A stretch of DNA of 64,000 bases from Lama glama (lineage: Eukaryota), in contig CM052817.1 of the NCBI GenBank assembly GCA_028534125.1, positions 45,882,001-45,946,000 on the forward strand, written 5' to 3'. Both the position numbers and the translations under genes were made by a program. Shown here in pieces: positions 39,521 through 50,694 of the stretch. The notes under the pieces were generated by a model that was given only the letters and a program-made list of their open reading frames with translations, was not told the origin of the DNA and did no database searches. Position 1 is the first letter of the stretch, and the number at the start of each line of letters is the position of its first letter.

Positions 39521-40420
39521 ATTGTATACATATATATACATATATATGACTGAATCACTATGCTGTACACCAGAAACTAACACAACATTGTAAATCAACC
39601 ATACTTCAATTAAAAAAAAATACTTCCTAGAAGTCTCATGGGTAACTTCCTTTTACACCTCGTTGGCCAGTTCTGGGTCACTCAATCACCTCAAGCTGCA
39701 AGCATATCTGGGAAGGTGGGTATTTTGCTTTTCAGCCTTAGTAATAGAGGAGGTCCAGGGGAAGGGCACAGGGAATAGACTTAAAGTAGATAATCCAAAA
39801 TATCTGCCCATCCCCTGGCTCCCCAGCATTCTCTCTGGTCTTTCTTCCCTATCAGTGAACACATTCTCCCTTTCCCAATGGAGACCACACTCAGTCTCAT
39901 CCAGTTACCATATCCAGCTCCAAGTTCAGAAACCTGCTGTGACATAGTGTCCTCTGAATGGAGCTCATGCCCTAGTGACCCATAAACCAAAATTATCTGT
40001 CTTCAACATGCACAATGTATGGTGATGGAAACAGTGAGCAAAGAGCTGTGTCTGGCCCACAGGCAACACCAAATCATGCTGGTGCAGAATGGCAAAGACT
40101 GTCTGTCTTGAAAGGGGCTCTACTTCTTGGTTAATCAAACTGGCAGCCCCTCTCTGTGCCCCTGGGGAGGATTCTCATTATTCGTTCTCCTCCGTGAACA
40201 CAGGAAAGATGCCCCACTTGGAGACTGCACATCTTTTTTAGCCCCTCCCAATGGTACAAGTTTAGGGACCCTGGTTTTGCTTTATGTGTTAAGTACTCAC
40301 AAGGCTTGTCCACCAGGCCTGGGGTGCCCTGCCACCATAGTTTCTTAAACATTTAGTAGGTTTCTTGTCTATTTTCTCTGGGTTGATTCTATGTATGAAA
40401 AATCATAGCCAAAGAGCTTG
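39105..40420 (-). mobile_element. MaLR LTR plus adjoining internal sequence (MLT1J-like), LTR split by an L1
   Basis: aatggctgctgcacctccagg, gttggccagttctgggtcac...gctgcaag...tgggaa; internal-type sequence from about 39810 (tctcatccagttacc...catagccaaagagc). Confidence 0.6.
39407..39620 (+). mobile_element. Short lineage-specific L1 3' end with (TG)n
   Basis: aacaacaaggacctattgta...gactgaatcactatgctgtacaccagaaactaacacaacattgtaaatcaacc followed by an A-tail. Confidence 0.9.
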
Positions 40421-40718
40421 CTCTTAGTGGTAGACATCTGTGATCTGCCCATCCTCCTCTCCTATGGATAATACAGCTTTTGCTTTAAGACAGTGGGGAA
40501 AACAGTCTCCACTGGTGTGCCTGAGAGCATCCATGTGCCCCTGCAGATCCACGATCTGTCTTCTTACTCAGTGAGTGTATATTTCCCTTGCTCGAGCTCA
40601 CATTGCTTCCCTTTACCCCTTGTCTATCCCACACGTTGGACACACCTCAGCTTAAATATCCCCTTACTGTTTCTACACATTTTATTCTCTACTTTCATGT
40701 ACATGCACATGTCCAGTC

Positions 40719-40720
<2 letters not shown>

Positions 40721-40768
<48 letters not shown>
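40721..40768. repeat. (AAT)16 perfect microsatellite
   Basis: Direct count. Confidence 0.98.
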
Positions 40769-40769
<1 letters not shown>

Positions 40770-42014
40770 GAAAATGCAACCAGTTTATTAAGTGGGCTGG
40801 TCATCAGGCTCACAAACAAAAAAGGGTTTAGTCTGTTCCCATGTCTCCCTTTAAACATTTTGTTTCTGATCTCCCTTCTATACTTTGGATGTCATTTTTG
40901 ACAGCTCTCACATATTTTCCGTTGACTTCAGTTCTTAGAAAAATGGTCATTTTTGGTGACTCTGACTTTCAGACCTTAAAAAATGCAGAAAAATCAAAAT
41001 TTCAATCTCATATCCAATTAAAAACTTGCCTCCCTCCCCAGTAATGGAATAATGACCTTTGGTTTGGGGATTTCTATGAGGAGGAAGGGGCATGGTCTCT
41101 TTTTGTTCACTCTTTAATCCTTGTAAACTTTTCTGCCCTGTCTTCTCCAGGGTTAGGGCAGAGGGCAGAAGAATTGAAAAAAAAGGTGCAGAGTCATACC
41201 CTCCTGAAGCTGTAGTGATGGGACTGCCAGTGTTTTCCATCACTCCTTGATGCAGACAGAGTTTATCTAGGTGACAATTGAAACCCTTCAGATTTACCCC
41301 CTGACCACCTGGTAAACTGCCTCCATTCCAGTGCTGGCACTTCTGAATAGGGCCCATGTACAGCAGCTCATGCTTGGATATGTTTTGGCTACAATTGACC
41401 CATGGGAAATTCATGCACCCTGTATCACTGAGTGGTGGGACTGGACTTTGCCTAATTGCTGACCCTTCTCTTTTTGCTCTCCTCTCCTAGAATACACCAG
41501 CATTTCTTCTGCCTTTCAACATGCTCCATGTGGAAACCAGCATCAACCTCTATGTTCTTGTAATCCATACATTCAAAGGTATCTATGTCATTCCCCCCCC
41601 CCACTATTTCTCTCAACGTGCTCCCCTTCTTTCTCATGGAAGCACCTGGACTTGCACTTCTGTGGTTTAGTGAACAGGGGAGATACCCGTCTCCTCTTCC
41701 ATCTCTAATAGCTGTTCTGGAAGTTTTTCCTTACTTGGCTTAGGTGAAGAGAAGAGGGCCCCCACTTTACCTCCCCACTTTACCTCCAAGCGTTCCGTTC
41801 TCAACAGCCCTCCTTTTGCAGGCCGAGTTTGCTTTAATGGAGCCTAGATGGAGTGATGGTCTCAGCACTGGGTTTGCTCTCTTTGAATAAACTGCTTGGA
41901 AGTTGTAAAGAGCAGATGTCTTCAGAGAGTGTAGGGACATACCACTTGGGTTCCTAGCTGTGAGGATTTAGCCAAAAAAAGCCAAAACACCTGGGAAAGT
42001 ACCCTTGAGCACCC

Positions 42015-42270
42015 AACTAATTAATATTTATTGAGTGCTTATAATAAGCCAGCATTGCACTAAGATATTACATTGATTTTTAAAATTTATTTCTCACAAC
42101 CCTATGAAGTAGGTATTATTACTATTCCATTGTGCAGATGAGAAAATTGAGGCTCAGGTGAAGTTCTTACCCAAAGCCACATGGCTAACAAGTGTCTGAG
42201 CTGAAATTCAAAGCTCAGCAGTCTGACCCCAGAGCCAAGATTATTAGCCACAATGCTATCTTGCCTCCTT
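42015..42270 (-). mobile_element. Near full-length MIR SINE
   Basis: tttattgagtgctta...cctatgaagtaggtattatt...cagatgagaaaattgaggctcag. Confidence 0.85.
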
Positions 42271-42375
42271 ATCTATTTAAGCCCTCTGCATCCATTGGGG
42301 TTTCTCTGTTAGATCAAATGATGGCTCTCTTAGTCTAATCTCTTTAAGAAAACCTGGTGAAAGCATTCTTCTAGT

Positions 42376-42562
42376 TGGGGGTTGGCAAACTACTCAGATT
42401 ATTTTGGTAAAGAAAGTTTAATTGGAACACAGCCACATCCATCTGTTTCTGGCTACTTTCACACCATAGCCTCAGGGCTGAGTAGTGAGCAAAGGCAGTA
42501 TGGCCCATGAAACCAAAAGTATTGCCTGTTTGGCTCTTTACAGGAGAAATCTGCTGACCTCC
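42376..42562. mobile_element. MER58A-like hAT-Charlie MITE
   Basis: gggggttggcaaacta...aaagtttaattggaacacagccac...ggctctttacaggagaaatctgctgacc. Confidence 0.8.
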
Positions 42563-42589
42563 CCCACTCCCACCGCTCTAAAATAGTCA

Positions 42590-42985
42590 GGAAGTTGACT
42601 CTAAATCTGTAAGTTACACCATCAGCTGCATCACTTCAGATCCTGGGTCTGTCTCCTTCCTGTAAAATGGAGGATTGTGACATCTCCCTTTCAGAACTGG
42701 TATGAGAATTACAGTTGACCTCAGAGCAACATGGAGGTTAGGGATGCTCCTGAAGATCCGTACAGTCAGCCCTCCACACCCGCGGTTCTGTATCTGGGGA
42801 TTCAACCAACTGTGGATCATGCCACACAGTGGTATTCATTATTGAAAAAAATCTTTGTCTACGTGGGCCCATGCAATTCAAATCCTTGTTGGGCAAGAGT
42901 CATTTGTAGTGTTATTATCCAACACACTTAGCACAGTTCCTGCTGGAAATAAGTTCTCAGTAATTGGCAGCTATTTTTGTTATTG
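42590..42985 (+). mobile_element. MIR SINE interrupted by a Tigger element
   Basis: ctgtaaaatggaggatt before the Tigger and cacttagcacagttcctgctggaaataagttctcag after it. Confidence 0.65.
42712..42906. mobile_element. Tigger2a-like TcMar MITE
   Basis: Termini cagttgacc...gagtcatttg flanked by TA on both sides; internal ggattcaaccaactgtggatc. Confidence 0.8.
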
Positions 42986-42989
42986 TTCT

Positions 42990-43056
42990 CTTTTTTTATC
43001 AAAGTACAGTCAGTTTACAATGTTGCATCAATTTCCGGTGTACAGCATGATGTTTC

Positions 43057-43103
<47 letters not shown>

Positions 43104-43250
43104 CATCTATTTGTTTTCATATTCTTTTTTATTATAGGTTACTACAAAATATTAAATATAGTTTCCTGTGCTATACAAAAGAAACTTGTTGTTTATCTAT
43201 TTTATATATGGTAGCTAGTATCTGCAAACCTCAAACTCCCTATTTATCCT
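42990..43250 (-). mobile_element. Lineage-specific L1 3' end containing about (TA)20
   Basis: cagtcagtttacaatgttgcatcaatttccggtgtacagcat...; TA run at 43060-43099. Confidence 0.9.
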
Positions 43251-43994
43251 TTGTTAGCATCACCAATAAGATACAGATCAAGGACCCCACTTCATGAGAT
43301 TTTATCAGGCCTAGCTTTGCTGGGAGCAACTTACCTGCCTTTCGACATAGATTTCCCTCAAAGTCTCCTTAGCACATAGCCTGATAGATAGCTCCCACCT
43401 CTCCCCACCATTTGAAGCTCAGCTTCTGCCCTGAAATACAGGATTTTGGAAAATGCTTCTAGAATTGGCTGAATAGGTCATGCTGTCCCTTCTACTTCGT
43501 ATTTCACAGAAGAGGGCTGGGCCTCTCTTCTATAAGTGCTCCTCCCTATTCAACCAAAGACTGGAGCACACATCAGTTGTCACTCAGTTTACTCACACCC
43601 CTGAGCAGGAACTGTCATATCTCAGCTAGCAATACATCCCAGCTCCTTCAACTTAAGGGAGCTATGTTCTCAGTGAAATCTGAAATTATATGTCTTGGCT
43701 AGAATGGTTGTGGTAGACACATGTGGAGGGAAAGGGTGACTTCTAAGTAGATAAAGGGAGAGGGAATCTGGAACTCAAAATGCATATGCTAGCTAAGTAC
43801 AACAGAAGTTCAGCATGCTCATTTAGAAGCTGTAGGCTCTGAAATATTTGGAGAGAAAATTACGTTATTTTGCAAAGTATATTCTATCATTTTCTGGTTA
43901 TGAAAGCTGATCCCTCTTGGTTCTTCATAAGGAAAACATCACAGATTGAAGAGTTGGGGGCTGTTGGGTACGAGGAAGAAAGTCAATGTCAGAG

Positions 43995-44155
43995 CAATGT
44001 GGAGACAGGGAAGCTGGTGAAGCTTAGGCTCATTTGCATGGCACTTTCCAAGGTCCTGTATCTAGTTTTGTATCCATAATTTTGTAATACTCATCCTAAA
44101 AAGGGTCCTGGAAATAGTGTAGGCTTCAGTCTCCCTGCAGCTTCGTTCTTTCCCA
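43995..44155. mobile_element. MER53-like hAT MITE
   Basis: gaagctggtgaagcttagg...ttccaaggtcctgtatctagttttgtatccataattttgta...aggcttcag. Confidence 0.6.
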
Positions 44156-44225
44156 GGAAACCTTGAGGCATCGGGGAGGTGGAGAAATTGTTGTTCCTAG
44201 TGGCAGGAACCCAGAAGAAACTTTT

Positions 44226-44315
44226 TTTTTCTTTTACATTTTTTATTGATTCATAATCATTTTACAGTGTTGTGTCAAATTCCAGTGTTCAGCACAATTT
44301 TTCAGTCATTCATGT
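44226..44315 (-). mobile_element. Very short (90-bp) young L1 3' end with 13-bp TSD
   Basis: TSD agaagaaactttt at 44213-44225 and 44316-44328, followed by aa (TTTT/AA endonuclease site); AATAAA on the minus strand. Confidence 0.9.
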
Positions 44316-44560
44316 AGAAGAAACTTTTAAGAACCAGTAGGGCTAGTTTAGATTTTAGGCTGACTGCAGAGCTACACTGAGATTGATTCCTTTTGTACTC
44401 ACACTTTTGGTGGCATGGTAGGGACTTCAAGAAGCAGGGAAACATCTGCTGGCCAGTAAACAGGTGAGGGAGACGGTCATGTGAAATGAGATAAGATGCA
44501 GAAGGGTTCAAGAACTGAGCAGCAGACAGGCACTAAAGGTGGCTGGGAAAATGTTAAGAT

Positions 44561-44950
44561 CCTAGAGAAGATCATATTAAGTGAAGTGAGTCAGACAGAG
44601 AAAGACAAATGTCATATGATATCAATTATATGTGGAGTCTAAAAAAATGATACAACTGAGCTTATTTACAAAACAGAAAGAGATCCACAGACATAAAAAA
44701 CAAACATGGTTACCAAAGGGGAAGGGTAGAAGGGATAAATTAGGAATTTGGGGTTAGCAGATACAAACAACTATATATAAAATAGATAAACAACAAGGAC
44801 TTACTGTATAGCACAGGGAACTATATTCAATATCTTGCAATAACCTATAGTGAAAAAGAATATGTATATAGGTATAATTGAGTCACTATGCTGTACACCA
44901 GAAACTAACACAACATTGTAGATCAACTATACTTCAAAAAAAGAAAGAAG
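44561..44950 (+). mobile_element. L1 3' UTR with A-rich tail
   Basis: cctagagaagatcatattaagtgaagtgagtcagacagag...; direct repeat gttaagat at 44553-44560 and 44955-44962. Confidence 0.92.
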
Positions 44951-46544
44951 GAAAGTTAAGATATCCTCTCCCTTGAATCTTTGGAGATTTTGGATTTTCC
45001 ACTGTATGTGAAATAGCTATTCTGCTTCCTTTATTTATGTCTTAAAGGAGAAGATGACTCTTGAAGGTGGAGTACTTTGCAGCCATCTGCACCCCTGACA
45101 CTTGGGATACGTCTTTAAGACAAATACAGGGAGTGCTGATTGTGGGCCACACTTGGGTTAATCAGAGGAGTCGTCCTGGGATAAAGAGTATGGTTCGAGA
45201 CGTGATAAATTGAGGGCACTGTTGGTGTTACTTTCTTAGGGGAGGTAACTAGCCCTTGTCAATGGGAATTAACAGAAGGCAAACTGGGAATGAAAGATGA
45301 AGACAATTCAGGAAAGAAATAAAGAGCCTGTGAAACTTTCTGTAAAAGAAACCAATGTTTAAAAGGAAGTTTCAGTTAGTTGACAACCTTTTCAGAGTCC
45401 ATGCCCTGCAGAATCAATTATACTTTCTGTTCTCCGATTACACTGGATACAAATGCCTCTTACTGCACATTGTTTATGTGTTAAGTTCCCTGTTCTAGGG
45501 CAGGAGAGAAGACTATGGATAGTTACTGAAAGAGTGTATTGCGTGTGGTGAACATTTAATACTGAAAGACATGGAAAGGACGGACAACTAGAGGTCTGTC
45601 CACCCTGGGTCTTTGGAGCTCCTTAATCCTCCGTGTCTAGTGAAGTTTCTCATGTTTCTCACTATGTGTAAATAAGCGCCTTAAAAAGTCATCATTCCAC
45701 TTAGTAAGGTAACAGCTTTGGATGTAATATGCTTCTGAAATTGCCCACAAATTTTCTTCTATTTTTGATAAAGAGGTGCTATAAAGATTCCTTTTAAAAT
45801 ACTCATCTGTCATTAGCATTTGCAGGCTTCCATTTCAAAAGGCATTTTAAAAATTGTTGATGAAATCTCTTCTCTGTAAAAAATCTTTGCCTGGCCTAAT
45901 TTTCAAGCCTCTGTCCCATCCTCTCAGCTTCCTGGAGCTCTGCCCTGTCAGGTCAGACATTTCCCTGGAATGGTTGCAGGTTTGCTGGCATTCCTCTGAG
46001 GACAGAGATGGATGAGGTGTGTGGGTTTGTTAATGTTCACTTGGTATTTTTAGTCCATGGTTAGCAGAAGTAGAGGCCACAGCAGAGTGGCTTTTGTTGA
46101 ATGCGAAATTTTACATCTCTCCCTGGAAGGTCGCTTTTTTTAGGAGCATCTGTTTTAACTGGCTGCCCTGCTGACAGGTCTGCTGTCGGAATCCCAGGGC
46201 TCACATTGCCAGAAGCCTCCCTACTCCCTAAAAGGTTTGGTGTGTAGTTTGTCATAAGAATAGGCCTTAAAGCCTGCAATGATAAATTATTTAGTTAAAT
46301 GCATTTCTAAAAGGTGTGGATTTTTGTCCATCTTAGGAAGTATCTGCTAGAGAATGTCTTAGCTGTGGCTGTTCCCTGGTAAGCTCAGTCTAGTGCAGAA
46401 TGAACACTAGGTTCCAGCTTCCAAGTCCATCCTCATCCTCATCCAAATAACACATGGCAGCAAAACTGGTTTAAAGTTTCCTTACTTACTTTATTTTAAG
46501 ATGATTGGATGCATCTCTACTCTATATCTAAATGAAGGAAAAAG

Positions 46545-46623
46545 TGTATGTGTGTATGTTTGTATGTGAATGTGTATGTGTACACACACACACACACACA
46601 AAATGCAGCATATATGTGTGTGT
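46545..46623. repeat. Imperfect (TG)n/(CA)n microsatellite
   Basis: Seen directly. Confidence 0.85.
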
Positions 46624-47146
46624 ATCTTCAGTTCCACACCAAACACTTGTGCTGGACTTTCATTCCCATATCCCCACTGTTCATTTAGGTACCCAGGGCT
46701 CCACCCTTTGTTTTGCTTCATGTGTCATGTGCCGTTGAAAAAAGGGTGATGGCGTCCTCACAAGGCAGTTTGAATGGGCCTCAGCAAAGTCTTGGGGTGT
46801 GGTTGGGTGTTCCACTGGATGGGTCACATGCATTATGTAGCGAACTGACCAGAGGAGGGGCATACTGCAGGGCAAGGAGACAACAGCTAATGTAATTCTT
46901 TTCCTCTGAAGGACCAAAGATCTCTACATAGTTAGTCTCCACTGGCTTCATTGGCTAGAGCTGCCAGGAGAGCCAGGCTCCTGGGACTGTCTCTGCTTTT
47001 CTCCAAGTGATCCTCCTTCACTTTCCCAACAACCCAGGCAAGTTACCAGGGCTCCAAGGTCAGGGATCTAGAGAGGGAGAAGAAGTTTGGTTCTTTCCCT
47101 ATTCTTTTTCCCATTCATTTATTATGATGCAATCTCCGAGGTTCCT

Positions 47147-47199
47147 AAAGAATTTCCTTTTTGATTACCAAAAGAACTTCCTTTTTGATTACCAAAAGA
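47147..47199 (+). repeat. 24-bp tandem duplication (1 mismatch)
   Basis: aaagaatttcctttttgattacca then aaagaacttcctttttgattacca then aaaga. Confidence 0.95.
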
Positions 47200-47659
47200 T
47201 TATTGTAGAATTAAACCACACACTCCCTCCCCTTGACAACACAGACTCTTTCTTCCTCTTTATTTTTGCTTCAATAATATTACTTCTCTTTTAGGCATTG
47301 GGAATGCCTCCAAGAGAGTAATGGAAAGGCCACATGCAAGGAAATGAGAAAGGAAAAGCACAAGAATTAGTATATTGTACTAGGAGTAAGTACAGTTAAA
47401 TATGTGTGGAGTGTTGATCTTGAAATCCAGGGATTATTTCATAAACTGAGCTTCAAAAGAAATTAACTTAAAAAATTGTTGATTTCTGGCAATATGGCAG
47501 ATTACATACTCTGAACACTCTCTTGCTGAAAACAACACATGATGAATATAAAAAAAGAATCTTTTAAAGTATATCACTGAGCTAGCAAGCAAGTGAGAAA
47601 TGTAAAATCTGAGGCTTGGACTGAATATGTATCCCTTTAAAGAGGTTTCATGTTCACTT

Positions 47660-47810
47660 CATTTGACTGCTAGTACATAAGCTTCACAGGGGCAGAACTT
47701 CTGTCTGTTTTATTCTCTGCCCAATCCTTTCTAACTATTTCAGATAATAGGTGATACTAGACACATAACAGGCAATCAAAATTACTTATGGGATCAATGA
47801 ATAAAGAAAT
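47660..47810 (+). mobile_element. L2 3' end
   Basis: ctagtacataagcttcacaggggcagaacttctgtctgttttattctctg...aatgaataaa. Confidence 0.55.
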
Positions 47811-47879
47811 CCCCAGAGGAGCAAGGCTTTTCACCTGTTATAGACAAGTCAGTTGGAATGAAAGTTTATAGGCAAACAA

Positions 47880-48705
47880 GGAGAAGGCTAGAATGATTCA
47901 TGCAGCAATGAATTATAGTTGGAGATATCAATATTAACTATAGTTTACATTAATACAGATGGATAACTATGTAAATATTTATAGATAAGCTCATATATCA
48001 CCTTGCTCCATAAATTGAGAGGGACTTGAAGCAATAATACCACACTAGCAACCAGCATAGTCAACACCTGGATGTTGATTTTAAATATCATTCTCCAGTA
48101 AAAAGATCCAGGAATTCTTGGAGAAATGGCTGATTCTAGGTCTGGGGCAAGAAAATACATAAGATGAGCCTGTTGCATCTTATAGGGCCAGAAAATAAGA
48201 AAGTGCAGTAACAACAAAACTTCACAATCATGGGGTCAAGGGGAAAGAGGATCATACCGAAAGTGCTCCCAGTGATCAAATCTGGAGTAATTCGATCAAG
48301 AAAATAAAGTATCACTGCATTATAACTCAAAGTATGGAATATATATCCATTAGTCTAAACTGATATAAATAAACAACTGACTACACACACACATACATAC
48401 ATACATACATGCATGGGAGAAATGAGACAAAAATCCCACGGAGAAGGATTTCAAATAAAGCATGTAGATACTCTTCCCTCAGGGAAGTGAAGCATACTCC
48501 TTACGTATGGGCTGCTATGGTGACTTCCTTTCAAAGAGCACAGTATGTAGAGTCAGAAAGTAGTAACTGCACAGCGGAGAAACCTGACAAACATTACCCC
48601 AGCCAGGTAACCAAGGTTAACATCATTAGTGATAAGTAATCAACAATATATATCCTAGATATAATGTGGTGATAATGGTATTTTACCTTTGTGGTCTTCC
48701 TCCCC
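47880..48705 (+). mobile_element. Old L1 3' region (L1MD-like), cut at its right end
   Basis: ccaggaattcttggagaaatggctgattctagg...cggagaaacctgacaaacattaccccagccagg...tgtggtcttcctcccc. Confidence 0.8.
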
Positions 48706-50470
48706 TACAAACCAAAAATCTATAACAGATACACACACCCAGGAAAGAAAAAGGGATCCAAACACAACAAGAAAGATAAACTTCAAATCACAAGAAAAGA
48801 GAGAAAAGAAGAAGAAAGGAACAAACAAGAACTATGAAAAAAAAAACCAGAAAACAAGTAACAAAATGGCAGTAAGTACATACCTATCAATAATTACTTT
48901 AGGACTTAGTGCCTCAGTCAAAAGACAGAGTGGCTGAGTGGATACAAAAACAAGACGCATATATATATACTCCCTACAAGAAACTCACTTCCAATCTAAA
49001 GACATGCCCAGACTGAGAGTGAGGGGATGAAAAACAGTATTCATGCAAATGAAAATCAAAAGAAAGCTGGGGTAGCAATACTTATGTTAGACAAAACAGA
49101 CTTTAAAATGAAGACTGTAACAAGAGAAAAAGAAGGACATTACATAATGATAAAGGGATTGATCCAACAAGAAGATAATCAAATTATAAATATATATGTA
49201 CTCAACATATGAGCACCTAAATATATAAAGCAAATATTAACAAACGTAAAGAGAAAAATTGACAGTAACACAGTACTAGTGTTAAGGGGACTTTAACAAT
49301 CCACTTATACCAATGGACAGATCATCCAGTTAGAAAATCAGCAAGAAAATACTGGCCTTAAATAATATATTAGACCAGATAGACTTAGTAGATAATATAG
49401 AACATTCCATCTACAGGCAGAAGAATATATATTCTTTCCTATGTTCATTGCAGTATTATTTACAATTGCCAAGATATGACAGCAACCCAAGTGTCCATCA
49501 ACAGATGAATGGATAAAGAAGATGTGGTATATATATACAATGGAATATTATTCAGCTATAAAAAATAAAATCTTGCCATTTTTGACATCATGGATGGACC
49601 TAGAGGTTACTAAGTGCTAAATGAAGTGTCAGACAAGGAAAATACTGTATGATTTCACTTATGTATGGAATCTAAATAGCAAAACAAATGAACAAACATA
49701 ACAAAACAGAAACATACTGTATGATTTCACTTATGTATGGAATCTAAATAGCAAAACAAATGAACAAACATAACAAAACAGAAACAGAGTCATGCAGAGA
49801 ACAAACAGGTAGTTGCCAGAGTGCGGGGGGAGAAGGGGGAATAAGAAAAATAGGTGAGGGGGATTGAGCAGCACAAACTTCTAGTTACAAAATAAATTAG
49901 TCACAGGTATGAAATGTATAGTTTGGGCAATATAGTCGATAATGATGTAATTTTTGTATGGTGACAGGTGGTAACTAGAGTGTCATGATGATCACTTTAT
50001 AATGTATAGAAATACCATGTCAGTATATTGTGCACTAAGAATTAAAAGCACATTGTAGGTCAATTATGCTTCAAAGACAAACAAACTCATAGAAAAAGTG
50101 TCTAGATTTGTCATTGCCAGAGGCATGGGCTGGGGGGGAAGGAGAATTGGTGGCAGGTGGTCAAAGGGTACAAACTTCCAGTTATAAAGTAAATCAGTGG
50201 TAAGGATGTAATACATAACATGATTAATATAATTAACACTACTCTATGTTATATATGACATTTGTTAAGTGAGTAAATCCTAGAAGTTCTCATCACACAG
50301 AAAATAATTTTTCCTCTTTCTTTATTTTTGTATTTTTATAAGATGATGGATATTCACTTAACTTATTGTGGTAATCTTTTCATGATATATATGAGTCAAG
50401 TCATTATGCTGCACACCTTAAGCTTACACTTATATCTCAAAAAAACTGGAAGAAAATTAAATAAAATTAA
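48706..50470 (+). mobile_element. L1 with inter-ORF linker and endonuclease region fused to the ORF2 C-terminus and 3' UTR (reverse transcriptase deleted)
   Basis: ORF2 start MAVSTYLSIITL (ATG 48866), HANENQKKAGVAIL, EGHYIMIKG; junction near 49439 into atgttcattgcag...caagtgtccatcaacagatgaatgg. Confidence 0.92.
49642..49785 (+). repeat. Perfect 72-bp tandem duplication
   Basis: 49642-49713 is identical to 49714-49785. Confidence 0.97.
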
Positions 50471-50694
50471 GATATATGTTCTCCATTTTTTTCCTAACTA
50501 CAAATAGATCTCAGAAAATTAATTTGCTAAATGTTTGCAGAAGGTTTTTTTCTTTTTAAAGTTACTAATTGGCAGTGATGGACACTGAATTTGCTTGGAA
50601 GATCAAAACAAAAGATACAACAAATGGAAGTACAGACAACTCGGAGAGAAGATGTTGGTGGAAATCCTCAAAGGTTTGAGACGAGTACACTTTG

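Noticed and set aside
40493..40831. ORF with a poly-asparagine tract
   Set aside because: It is only the translation of the (AAT)16 microsatellite
41760..41785. 13-bp tandem ccccactttacct x2
   Set aside because: Ordinary slippage duplication
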